This document shows positions 35,793 to 44,281 of a stretch of DNA of 64,000 bases, piece by piece; the stretch's first letter is position 1, and every line of letters starts with the position of its first letter. The position numbers and the translations under genes were made by a program. This DNA is from an uncultured Desulfobulbaceae bacterium (lineage in GTDB: Bacteria > Desulfobacterota > Desulfobulbia > Desulfobulbales > CALZHT01): the NCBI GenBank assembly GCA_945787445.1, contig CALZHT010000013.1, positions 54,079 to 118,078 on the forward strand. The letters are read 5' to 3'. The notes beneath the pieces are model-generated. The model searched no databases and was not told the DNA's origin. It saw nothing but the letters and a program-made list of their open reading frames with translations.

Positions 35793-37055
35793 TTAAAACT
35801 CCCACTTGACTCCTGCCATTATCTGATTGCGATCATATTCGTAGCGTTTGTCCGTGGAATTATCGAGATCGTAGATATCTTCAACCCAAATGTACCATTG
35901 TTTGTTTAACGCATAATCTCCCCGGAATTCAATATCGATGCCGTCGTATTCCTTGTCCGCTTGGTCTAGTTCATCAAAGGCTTTTGCTATATCATAATCC
36001 CTTTCCCAATAGGCGGCTTTCAATCTCATGCGGTATCCTTGATTATTGTCATAGAGAAATCGAACACCGTACTTATTTTTTGTATAGTCGTCATAGCCTT
36101 GATAATCGTCTTCTCGTAATCGGAGTTCATAGTCAAGGTATACAGTAATATTTTTTGTAATACTGTTTCTGAGGCTAATACCAAATATGTGATAAGTATA
36201 TTCCCGTGGTGGATTGGCGGTTAACAACCTCCCATCGCTGCCACGTGAGGGCCTTTCGTCAAAATCCCGTACTCTATAGTCGTAAGATAGTTTCAGCTTT
36301 GACGGTTTTGCTACCCGAAATCTTACATGCCCACCCAGGCCGTAATAATCCTGGTCCAGTTGGGAGATCACCACCGGGTCTTCATAATCCCGAACTTCGT
36401 AAAAGGCATTTGCACCATACTGAATCAATCCTGTTCGCTTGCGAAGCTTAGATTCTATTCCACCACTTACATATTTATACCGGTCTGATACATCTGCACG
36501 TACTACTGGATCGTCTGTTGGTGCAGTCTGCTCAACCCCAAAATCACGGTCAACATAAAACTCCCTATGATAACCCACATAGGGACCCACGTAGATTGTG
36601 TTTTTTCGTTTTCCTTCTTGTGAAAGCAAAAATTCAAGGCCTCCACGGAGTTTGTTGTCGAATTCGTCTCCATTATCTGCTGCTGATTCGAGATAAAATT
36701 CTCCATGAAAACGATAAGAAACAATGCCATGGATTGTTGGGGAAAACGTAGCAATATATTCGGCATCAAGACTGAGCGGCACGAAAAAGCTTGATATCAC
36801 GTCTGGGGTAATCGTAGGGTTTTCGGGTTCAGGAGGGGGAGGAGTTGGGGTAATTGTTTGGGCAAAATCGACATAACTCTCATCCGGTGAGCGGAACACG
36901 TTGCTGTCATACCCAAGCCCGGCTTCTGCTTCCACAAAGAAGCCTGCCTTCTGTCTTGTTTTTTTTGCAGCATAATCCTGAGCAAGGACGTTGCCGGAGG
37001 TTATAAAAATAAATATAAAGCAGCAATAAAGGATGCCAACAATTTGAGTTTTCAT
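35793..37055 (-). CDS. outer-membrane beta-barrel protein
   Basis: Signal peptide ending VLAQ, alternating beta-strand pattern rich in Y/D/R, C-terminal ...GVKWEF (terminal Phe). Starts 19 nt after the TPR gene. Confidence 0.7.
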   Translation of the reverse strand: MKTQIVGILYCCFIFIFITSGNVLAQDYAAKKTRQKAGFFVEAEAGLGYDSNVFRSPDESYVDFAQTITPTPPPPEPENPTITPDVISSFFVPLSLDAEYIATFSPTIHGIVSYRFHGEFYLESAADNGDEFDNKLRGGLEFLLSQEGKRKNTIYVGPYVGYHREFYVDRDFGVEQTAPTDDPVVRADVSDRYKYVSGGIESKLRKRTGLIQYGANAFYEVRDYEDPVVISQLDQDYYGLGGHVRFRVAKPSKLKLSYDYRVRDFDERPSRGSDGRLLTANPPREYTYHIFGISLRNSITKNITVYLDYELRLREDDYQGYDDYTKNKYGVRFLYDNNQGYRMRLKAAYWERDYDIAKAFDELDQADKEYDGIDIEFRGDYALNKQWYIWVEDIYDLDNSTDKRYEYDRNQIMAGVKWEF

Positions 37056-37074
37056 AATGCCCCCGTATGAATAT

Positions 37075-39432
37075 CTATGATTTCTTTAATTTCTTTTTTT
37101 CGCGTCTTTCAATAGCTCTTTCCAATCTTCGTATATCTCTTTTTATGAACCTGTTTTCAGGATCGAGCGCCAAGGCTTTATTTAATTGCTTTAAAGCGGT
37201 TTTTGGTTTTCCCGCCTTCCGCAAAGCTCCGGCAAGTAGCCTTCTGTTGCGAGGGTTTGCCGTTTCGCCGTCTACCGCCTGTTCAAATACCCTTACCGCC
37301 TCCTTGTATTTTTTCATGTCCATAAGAACCAAACCCAGTTCCCTCAAGGCCTTGCTGTTCTCCTGCTCCAATTCAAGGGCTTTTCGGAGAGCGGTTTCCG
37401 CCTCCGCAAACCTTTCGGATCTGGCATTGGCTATGCCCAAATTCACCCATGCAGGCGCATAGGCAGCATTCTTTTTGAGGACCTTTTCGTAAAGAGCGAT
37501 AGCTTCGGGATAGCTGTCCATCCTGGCATAGCGCACCGCAAGATTTAACTGGGCCGGCACATAGTCTGGCTTGATAGTTAAGGCTTCCTGGTAAGCTTTT
37601 ATTGCCTCGTCATTGCGTTCCGAGTCAGAATAGAGAATTCCGAGGTTGAACCAGGCCTGATAATATTTGGGATTCTGCGCAATTGCTTTTTTAAAAGAGT
37701 GTTCAGCATTGGCAAGGTCATTTATTTTTTTGTATGCCAGCCCCAAGTTGTACCAGGCCTCCGGATAGGGGTTGCGGAGTTCCAGTGCCTTTTTATATGC
37801 CTCTAAAGCCTCCTGGCTTTCTTTCATGGCAACCAGAACAAGCCCTTTATTAAGGTAGGCCTCAGGATAATCTCCTTCGTGCGTATCTATTGCATTTTCA
37901 TATTCCTGCAGGGCCTGTTCATACTTGTCGTCGCTATAGTAAGCTCGGCCGAGATTGAAGTGGCTCTCCGCATCATTGGGAAATCTGTTAACGATCCATT
38001 GAAATTGCGTTTGCGCTTCAGGCCATTTTTTCTCAGATAAATAGAGCAAACCAAGGTTGTAGCGGGCCTTGAAATGCTCAGGTTCGAAAAGAAGCGTCTT
38101 TTGGTATGCATCTTTGGCCTTTTTCCATTTCCCTTGCGACGAATAGACTAAACCAATGTTGTAATACGCTTTGGAATAATTAGGTTTGAGTTTAAGGATC
38201 TTCTCATAATGTTCCAACGCTTTTTGGGGTTGTTCCGTGGCTGCATAGACGAGCCCGATATTCAAGTATGCTTCCGGATAATTACCCTGTCGGGCAACAA
38301 CTGCCCTCTCGTATGCCTCGATGGCCTGCGCATACTTTTTTTCACCGTAGAGAGCCCGGCCAAGATTAAAGTGACTCGCTGCATTTTCGGGGTATCTGTT
38401 GACGATCCACTGGAATTGCACCCGTGCTTCCGACCACTTTTCCTTTGATAAATAAAGCAAACCAAGGTTGTAGTGGGCCTTGAAATAATCAGGATCGAAA
38501 AGAAGCGCTTTCTGATAGGTTTCCAGAGCGCGAGTAGTTTTTCCCTCTGCCGAATAGATCAGACCGATATTATAGTATGCCTTCGGATAATCGGGTTGCA
38601 GGTTAAGTATGGTTTCATAACTCGCCAGGGCCCTTTTTCTGCCCTCTTTTGTGTCAGGTTCTAGAGCGGCAAGGGCAAACCGCGCTTCAATATACGCGGG
38701 TTTTATCCTGATGGCATCCTCAAATGCTTTACGGGCCGAATCAATATCCGGTGGTGTCAGTCGTCGGTGCGCTATGCCGAGATTATAGAGTGCCATGGAC
38801 TTTTGGTCACTCCCGGTGAGGGAAGATGCCTTTTGTAGCGCTTCAATAGCTTTGGAGTAATCCTGGAGTTTGATATAGGCCACTCCCATGTTGTAATGGG
38901 ACACGAAGTGGTTAGGCTTGAATTTAATATACATTCCATAGTCCCTGACGCCGTCGACATACCTGTCCATCTCGGACAGAAGGATGCCGCGGTTAAAGAA
39001 GGCCCGCGCATAGAGGGGTTTGGTATTGATGGCCTTGTTGAATTGTTCGAGCGCCCCTCTGTTATCTCCTTTTTTGTACCAGAACACCCCGAAATCATTG
39101 AGGGTGCGGGATGATGTCTCTTGGGCAAGGATGGCTTTGTATTTGATTTCAGCCTCGATCCACTTCTTTTCTCCAACCAGGCGCGTTGCTTCCATTTCCT
39201 CCTCGCTTCTTCCCTGCTCGATAGAGATTGAGGCAATAAAGTGCTCTTCGCTTCCATCCGTGGTCCCCGGCTCATCAATTTGAAGTTCTTTTTCGATTTC
39301 TATGACCGTTACTTTAAGGGCTTCCCGGTTGGCCATAAACTGCGAATAGAGCAAGGTCAAAAATAACGCCAGCAGAACAAGGGAAAGGGGGATGAAGCTT
39401 TCGCGTATGGGATGAAATTTTTTAACTTTCAT
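37075..39432 (-). CDS. membrane-anchored TPR-repeat protein, 785 aa
   Basis: Start set at MKVKKFHPIRESFIPLSLVLLALFL (TM anchor), followed by about 20 TPR units (A.YNLG..Y...G....A...Y..AL.L.P). The track ORF start at 39546 overlaps the upstream gene. Confidence 0.85.
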   Translation of the reverse strand: MKVKKFHPIRESFIPLSLVLLALFLTLLYSQFMANREALKVTVIEIEKELQIDEPGTTDGSEEHFIASISIEQGRSEEEMEATRLVGEKKWIEAEIKYKAILAQETSSRTLNDFGVFWYKKGDNRGALEQFNKAINTKPLYARAFFNRGILLSEMDRYVDGVRDYGMYIKFKPNHFVSHYNMGVAYIKLQDYSKAIEALQKASSLTGSDQKSMALYNLGIAHRRLTPPDIDSARKAFEDAIRIKPAYIEARFALAALEPDTKEGRKRALASYETILNLQPDYPKAYYNIGLIYSAEGKTTRALETYQKALLFDPDYFKAHYNLGLLYLSKEKWSEARVQFQWIVNRYPENAASHFNLGRALYGEKKYAQAIEAYERAVVARQGNYPEAYLNIGLVYAATEQPQKALEHYEKILKLKPNYSKAYYNIGLVYSSQGKWKKAKDAYQKTLLFEPEHFKARYNLGLLYLSEKKWPEAQTQFQWIVNRFPNDAESHFNLGRAYYSDDKYEQALQEYENAIDTHEGDYPEAYLNKGLVLVAMKESQEALEAYKKALELRNPYPEAWYNLGLAYKKINDLANAEHSFKKAIAQNPKYYQAWFNLGILYSDSERNDEAIKAYQEALTIKPDYVPAQLNLAVRYARMDSYPEAIALYEKVLKKNAAYAPAWVNLGIANARSERFAEAETALRKALELEQENSKALRELGLVLMDMKKYKEAVRVFEQAVDGETANPRNRRLLAGALRKAGKPKTALKQLNKALALDPENRFIKRDIRRLERAIERREKKKLKKS

Positions 39433-39442
39433 GGTGATAGTA

Positions 39443-40354
39443 TCATCCTCCCCGCACCTGCGAGTCATGGACTGTTTCCAGTATGTCCCGCATGCCCTGC
39501 AGGTTGATATTCTGAATTTCGAGGCCGGGCCGGACGTTGATCTCAAGCAGGACCGGACCTTTTACAGTTATGGCAATATCCACTCCCAGATATTTAAGCG
39601 GTAAATTTCGGGCAGCACGTATACTTATGGCGCGAACTTCATCCCAGAAAGGTACGGTGAAATCGAGCAGGGGAAGGCCGGTGTCGGGATGCACAGAAAT
39701 TAATTGCCCTTTGATCATGGCATGACTTGCGCGGCCGTTTTCAAGGTTGATGCCGACACCCAGTCCCCCCTGATGGAGATTTGCTTTACCGTCCGAGGCA
39801 AGGGTTGGGATTCTTGCCATCGACAGAATGGGTTCGGCATGAAGGAGGATTATGCGGACATCAGCAAGGCCTAAAGGGCTGAATCTATCAAGGTCCGTAT
39901 GCTGTATGAGCCGTTCTTCAACAATGGCCTTGTCAGAAAGATCAAAGGAAAATACTCCGAAAATAATATCGGAAATGTGTTTCTTTAAAGCGGTCGGTCC
40001 GTATTCTTTGCCGCTAACACTTCTCCACCCGCCGTTGTAATATTCCTGGATGGCGATGATGCCGCCGCCGCCGCTGCCTTGCGCCGGTTTAATCACAAAG
40101 TCCTTTTTGTTTGTCAGATCCTTCTCAAGGGAAGCCAGTTCATAGAAATTACCGTATACGTTATACGTTTCCGGCATGGGTATACCTAGAGGGACCAACG
40201 TCTCCTTTGTGTAAAGTTTGTTGTCTGCCAGGGGATAGAACTTTCTTTGATTATTTGGATAGACATAGATGAGATTGCGCTGGTTCATGGTAAGAACTTT
40301 CTCAGCATTCTCCAATAACTCCTTCCAAGGCATATTGAATAATTTTTTTATCAT
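39443..40354 (-). CDS. alpha-L-glutamate ligase-like (RimK-related) ATP-grasp protein
   Basis: MIKKLFNMPWKELLENAEKVLTMNQRNLIYVYPNNQRKFYPLADNKLYTKE...VIKPAQGSGGGGI...ANLHQGGLGVGI...LLEINVRPGL. The ATG overlaps the upstream stop (ATGA). Confidence 0.85.
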   Translation of the reverse strand: MIKKLFNMPWKELLENAEKVLTMNQRNLIYVYPNNQRKFYPLADNKLYTKETLVPLGIPMPETYNVYGNFYELASLEKDLTNKKDFVIKPAQGSGGGGIIAIQEYYNGGWRSVSGKEYGPTALKKHISDIIFGVFSFDLSDKAIVEERLIQHTDLDRFSPLGLADVRIILLHAEPILSMARIPTLASDGKANLHQGGLGVGINLENGRASHAMIKGQLISVHPDTGLPLLDFTVPFWDEVRAISIRAARNLPLKYLGVDIAITVKGPVLLEINVRPGLEIQNINLQGMRDILETVHDSQVRGG

Positions 40355-41973
40355 ACCTGCTCTTTTGTCCTGTTGAACAATAATTTGTGGAAACGCATAA
40401 ACTCGGACACTCTGATGCCTATCCATTTCCCGATCCAGAGATTCAATGCAATTACAATGAAGAGGGTTTCCGGGAAGGCAAGGGCCATGCTCTGCAGGAA
40501 GTGGGAATCCATGACCACGTAACATGCTGTAACGACAATGAGGGTAACGAACATCATCTGGGTTGCTTTCCATAATCCCTGCTCGGCTTCAATAATTGCG
40601 AATCTTTCCGTGGTTATGGCAAGGATCGCTATGGGAAAGAGCGTTACATGGGCGAGGTCGAATAATTCAAGGTTGACGCCGATCACAGTGATCGACATCA
40701 TGACGATGACTACAGTGGTAAGCATCACGCCCATTTTCGGTGAATGCAGAAGCTGCATCCATTCAAGTGCCATGCGGACGAGCAGGGAAAGGCCTATGAT
40801 TAGAATAAAACCGATAACTCCCCAAAAGAGGCCGGTTTCGCGTGAAGCCACCGCTATAAGGGCGGGGAGAAAGGTGCCGAAGGTCTGCAGACCTATGACG
40901 TTTCTGAAAATAACGGTAATGAGGGCCCCAAAGGGAATCATAAGAATGATCTTTAACAGGTTTTGGGATATGCCGACCCGTTCGAATAGACCATAGAGAT
41001 TGGTGACATTGAGCGCTGAGTCCTGCAGGAAGACCTGCGCCTCCCTTCGGGGGACAAGCCGTTTTATCATCTTGAAGAAGTAATTGTAGTTCACATTGGC
41101 CGTGTGTTTGAACAGCACCTGATCGCCGATGTACAGGGTAAGATAGTTGGCGGGAATTTCAGCAAAGTGGTCATTAATGGTGTCAAAGGGTATCCAGTGC
41201 CCGTTAACATATAACTCGACCCATTGGTGGCTCACTCTTTTGGTGCCGGGCTCAAGGATGATTCCGCCAACGAGCCGTGTCGGAATATTGAGTTTCCGTG
41301 CCAATGCCGCAAAAAGCCGACTTTTGCCGTTGCAACTGGCTTCTCCCAGCTTCAATGCCGTGAGAGCGTCTGTGTAGCCTGAAAAATCCTTGTTTTCGAA
41401 GTTATCCTGCAAGTCTCGGTGAATCGTGGTCAGAGCTTCAAGCAAAGCCGGCACCTTGTCGGGGAACAGTTTTTGCAATTTCTCGGCAATGAGGGGATCA
41501 TCAACTTGTATGCCTTCTTCATGCCTGAGATATGGATCAAGACCTTGAGGACTCGATTCCGGCACGAGTATATCCGGAGGGATGACGTATTGCACATGAT
41601 TGGTTTGGACCGAGTAGCCGTAACGGACGCTGTGTTGACCCTGTACTCCCTGGGCATGCCAGGTGGCGATTTTGTTTAAACCCTCCAGTTGCAGCAGGAG
41701 ATTAAAAATCCCCGAGGAGTTTTCCTCTTCGAGAATAATTTGCCGGCTGTCGGATTGGGGCAGATAGGCCCTCATATTGATTCCGTTCCCATGGCCGTCA
41801 ACAGTCATGCTCAACTCCACCTGGTAACTCACAACTGGGATAAGAGAGGCAAGGGGATAATCAAGCACATACAGCTTGTATCCCATAATACTGAGGGGAA
41901 AAATGATGAAAGCCAGTAAGACAATACTATATGAAAATTTTCTCAACCTTTGCTTTTTAATGTAACTGATCAT
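40351..41973 (-). CDS. transglutaminase-like domain fused to a 7-TM module
   Basis: N-terminal TM, then a periplasmic region with GEASCNGKSRLFAALARKLNIPTRLVGG (transglutaminase-core-like), then about 7 predicted TM helices in the last ~220 aa. Confidence 0.8.
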   Translation of the reverse strand: MISYIKKQRLRKFSYSIVLLAFIIFPLSIMGYKLYVLDYPLASLIPVVSYQVELSMTVDGHGNGINMRAYLPQSDSRQIILEEENSSGIFNLLLQLEGLNKIATWHAQGVQGQHSVRYGYSVQTNHVQYVIPPDILVPESSPQGLDPYLRHEEGIQVDDPLIAEKLQKLFPDKVPALLEALTTIHRDLQDNFENKDFSGYTDALTALKLGEASCNGKSRLFAALARKLNIPTRLVGGIILEPGTKRVSHQWVELYVNGHWIPFDTINDHFAEIPANYLTLYIGDQVLFKHTANVNYNYFFKMIKRLVPRREAQVFLQDSALNVTNLYGLFERVGISQNLLKIILMIPFGALITVIFRNVIGLQTFGTFLPALIAVASRETGLFWGVIGFILIIGLSLLVRMALEWMQLLHSPKMGVMLTTVVIVMMSITVIGVNLELFDLAHVTLFPIAILAITTERFAIIEAEQGLWKATQMMFVTLIVVTACYVVMDSHFLQSMALAFPETLFIVIALNLWIGKWIGIRVSEFMRFHKLLFNRTKEQV

Positions 41974-42260
41974 TTCAAAATTTCAAATTTTTCAAACCGC
42001 GTGCGTTAAAAAAACAACGGATTAGAAGGTTACGAATGGGCATGCCGATTTAGTTTCTAATTCGACATAAGCACGGTTTTATAACATAACCAGTAAACTA
42101 ATAATTAGTACCGATACGGATAAATTTTTTCATAAAATCATGTAATAATAATAACTTACGGTATATAGCTAAATATTATGAAACAAGTATATGGTTATCC
42201 TATATGAGAACGGAAAAAAAAGTAAAGCCCGGTATTGGATGCGAAGTAAATTTTTTAATT

Positions 42261-42346
42261 AGAAGGCAGAAGGCAGAAGGCAGAAGGCAGAAGGCAGAAG
42301 GCAGAAGGCAGAAGGCAGAAGGCAGAAGGCAGAAGGCAGAAGGCAG
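42261..42346 (+). repeat. heptamer array AGAAGGC x12 (family C, copy C2)
   Basis: 12 perfect units read directly. It lies about 290 bp upstream of the transglutaminase operon start. Confidence 0.95.
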
Positions 42347-42409
42347 TGGCGGAAACTTGCCAAAGGATCTATGGCAACATTTTTTTATTCAGGTGAATAG
42401 TGATGATCC

Positions 42410-42598
42410 CGCAAAAAGTCGGGAAAGCGGTTAACGCGCCATGTAATTTCAACTGGTTACAAGGTTATGCATCGGTGAACTGGCAATAGCTTTGCTAGTA
42501 AGCATGGCTGAACTTATCGCCCGTTTCATCGCAAGGAACCAAAGTGGTCAACGCGTCCGCGTAGCAGACAAATCGTATTTTTTACGATTTCATCAATA
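42410..42598 (+). repeat. family F element, long form (shell plus core), copy F1
   Basis: CGCAAAAAGTCGGGAAAGCGGTTAACGCGCCATGTAATTTCAACT...AAATCGTATTTTTTACGATTTCATCAATA. The core is at 42474-42571. Confidence 0.9.
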
Positions 42599-42772
42599 GT
42601 ATTCACAGACGTTATCAAACCAATCGCTGATTTGGTCACCATAGAGGTCGACCGGTGACTTTTGTTCGCACTCCGTGCAAACTACCCGGACATTGCTTCA
42701 GCGGCCCTTGAGGTAAGCCACGCCGCCGCAGTAAACACAGATAAGTTGCGGTTCGAAATCCTTGCTATTCAT
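42593..42772 (-). pseudogene. Lar-like zinc-ribbon ORF with in-frame TGA (pseudogene or selenoprotein candidate)
   Basis: Own translation: MNSKDFEPQLICVYCGGVAYLKGR-TGA-SNVRVVCTECEQKSPVDLYGDQISDWFDNVCEYY. Two CxxC pairs lie on either side of the TGA (42698-42700). Confidence 0.35.
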
Positions 42773-42796
42773 ATCATAGCACGCTCAAATTAGGTG

Positions 42797-42834
42797 AAAA
42801 ATAAAAAGGGCTCCAGAGAAAAATCTGCAGCCCT
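42797..42834 (-). terminator. intrinsic terminator downstream of tRNA-His
   Basis: AGGGCT...AGCCCT stem followed on the minus strand by TTTTTATTTTT. Confidence 0.7.
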
Positions 42835-42847
42835 TTCTTAGAAAATG

Positions 42848-42925
42848 TGGGGTGAGCGAGGGGACTTGAACCCCCGACCTCCGGGGCCACAACCCGGTGC
42901 TCTAACCAGCTGAGCCACGCCCACC
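42848..42925 (-). tRNA. tRNA-His (anticodon GTG)
   Basis: Reverse complement GGTGGGCGTGGCTCAGCTGGTTAGAGCACCGGGTTGTGGCCCCGGAGGTCGGGGGTTCAAGTCCCCTCGCTCACCCCA. It has the extra 5' G(-1) typical of tRNA-His. CCA is encoded. Confidence 0.92.
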
Positions 42926-43064
42926 ATCCAAGTTCTTGAAACAAAATCATTTTGTGTCGCGATAGAAAACAATGCCCCTCAATTTGCGAAACACGAAGAT
43001 AATAGATCGGATGTAATTTGGCAAGCGCAAAGTCATCATGTCTTCAGTGTTGTGAGAGGAAGAA

Positions 43065-43721
43065 TCATATTTCTTTGCCGCAGTGCATGCATACTTTGGC
43101 CTGGGCTTTGATAATTTCAGCGCAATGTGAGCATTCCTTCTTGAAGTTAGCTTTCAGGATCTGCCGGATTGCCATTTCCACATTCTGTTCGATGGTTGTA
43201 TTGACGAATTTATGGTTGCGGAGTGGGTCAACACAGGTGATGTCGTTCATTTCAAGGAGCAGTTCACAGGCGCGCTTACGTCCCTCAACCCCGGCAGCCT
43301 CATCGGTGAGAAGAAAGATCACTGGTTCCAGGTTCTTCTCCGCTACGCAGGTATCAAGTTGGGAGAGGGCCTCTTTTTCTTTGGTATACCTTTTGTTCTG
43401 GGCCTTTATGGTTTCCGGGTCGATGACGCAGCCTTTAAAGGCATCTTTGCCTGCTACCATCATAGCCTGTGCTTCACCATCGGGAAGTTTCATGTAGCGA
43501 AAGGAAGCTGAATGACCATACTGCTCTTCAACATGCTGCCAGCCATTCACAAAAAGCGAGCATTCGTCGTTCAAGCAGATAAAAAGAACTTCGGATCCCC
43601 AACCCAGCCCGTCTCCAACATGCACTGGCGGTGCTTGGCAACAGGAAAGACGAGATTTGCAATGCGGGCAGTAATGTTCTTCATCCACGTATCTAAGACA
43701 TGCATCTGATGCAGATAACAT
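43065..43721 (-). CDS. hypothetical protein with N- and C-terminal zinc-ribbon motifs
   Basis: 218 aa with CPHCKSRLSCC...CLNDEC near the N-terminus and CSHCAEIIKAQAKVCMHCG at the C-terminus. Confidence 0.6.
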   Translation of the reverse strand: MLSASDACLRYVDEEHYCPHCKSRLSCCQAPPVHVGDGLGWGSEVLFICLNDECSLFVNGWQHVEEQYGHSASFRYMKLPDGEAQAMMVAGKDAFKGCVIDPETIKAQNKRYTKEKEALSQLDTCVAEKNLEPVIFLLTDEAAGVEGRKRACELLLEMNDITCVDPLRNHKFVNTTIEQNVEMAIRQILKANFKKECSHCAEIIKAQAKVCMHCGKEI

Positions 43722-44281
43722 TTGATATATCCTCCAATATATGATTTTCCCATCAAGGGGTCAGGAAAATGTGTTTCTTTATTTCTCAGTAAAGATTCTG
43801 TGCAGCCCCAGAAAACAGCAAGAGTAACACAAAATGAAGATCCTTGCTTAGAATATGTTCGGGTCCAATAAGAAAGGATTAAGTAGGCTTTAATGTAGCA
43901 TTTGTAAGCATCCCTTATCCAAACTTCAAGGACGAAAGACGGGCTACAGTTGACTTTTTTCAAGGGCATAGGCACCGGCGCCCCAGATCATTGCCTGCGT
44001 TTCCAGTATAAAAGATTTCACCATTGGCCATGAGTAAACCCATAATTTTTACATTGTATATTGTTAAAGTAAGAGACTTTTTACAAGAAGGCCATTTTTG
44101 ACGTTGCGCCGGACTGGAATAATTTGTAGTTTCATTCTGTATCAGGCTATTAAAAGGCCTGTTTCTTTTCGGCAAATCTTCTATTTACAGCACGGGTACA
44201 TTGATTTCACCGCGGAGCCTTTTTGTTCTTCGGGGTGTTTGGATAGGTTTAGGTACTAATTCTACTTGAGAGACATAAGAG

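Noticed and set aside
39433-39546. Upstream extensions of the TPR ORF (to 39546), the ATP-grasp ORF (to 40573) and comEC (to 63883)
   Set aside because: Each extension overlaps the preceding gene or a repeat element (G2 for comEC). Internal starts give canonical N-termini: a TM anchor, MIKKLF with the ATGA overlap, and a TM segment.
42261-42346. Possible CRISPR array, suggested by regularly spaced short repeats here and at 11389-11479, 35624-35673 and 28120-28175
   Set aside because: The units are 6-7 nt and directly abut with no spacers. There are no cas genes in the window. These are microsatellite-type tandem repeats.
42204-42434. ORF encoding (RRQKAEG)n across the heptamer array, and ORFs 35508-35741 and 35588-35782 across array C1
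   Set aside because: These are translations of a simple repeat with no RBS. They are intergenic repeat sequence.
43975-44281. Possible purine-related riboswitch (ZTP/pfl-type) upstream of purM, prompted by GCCGGACTGG
   Set aside because: The second conserved half (CCGCCTGGGC-like) and the pseudoknot partner are absent. I cannot build the consensus fold.
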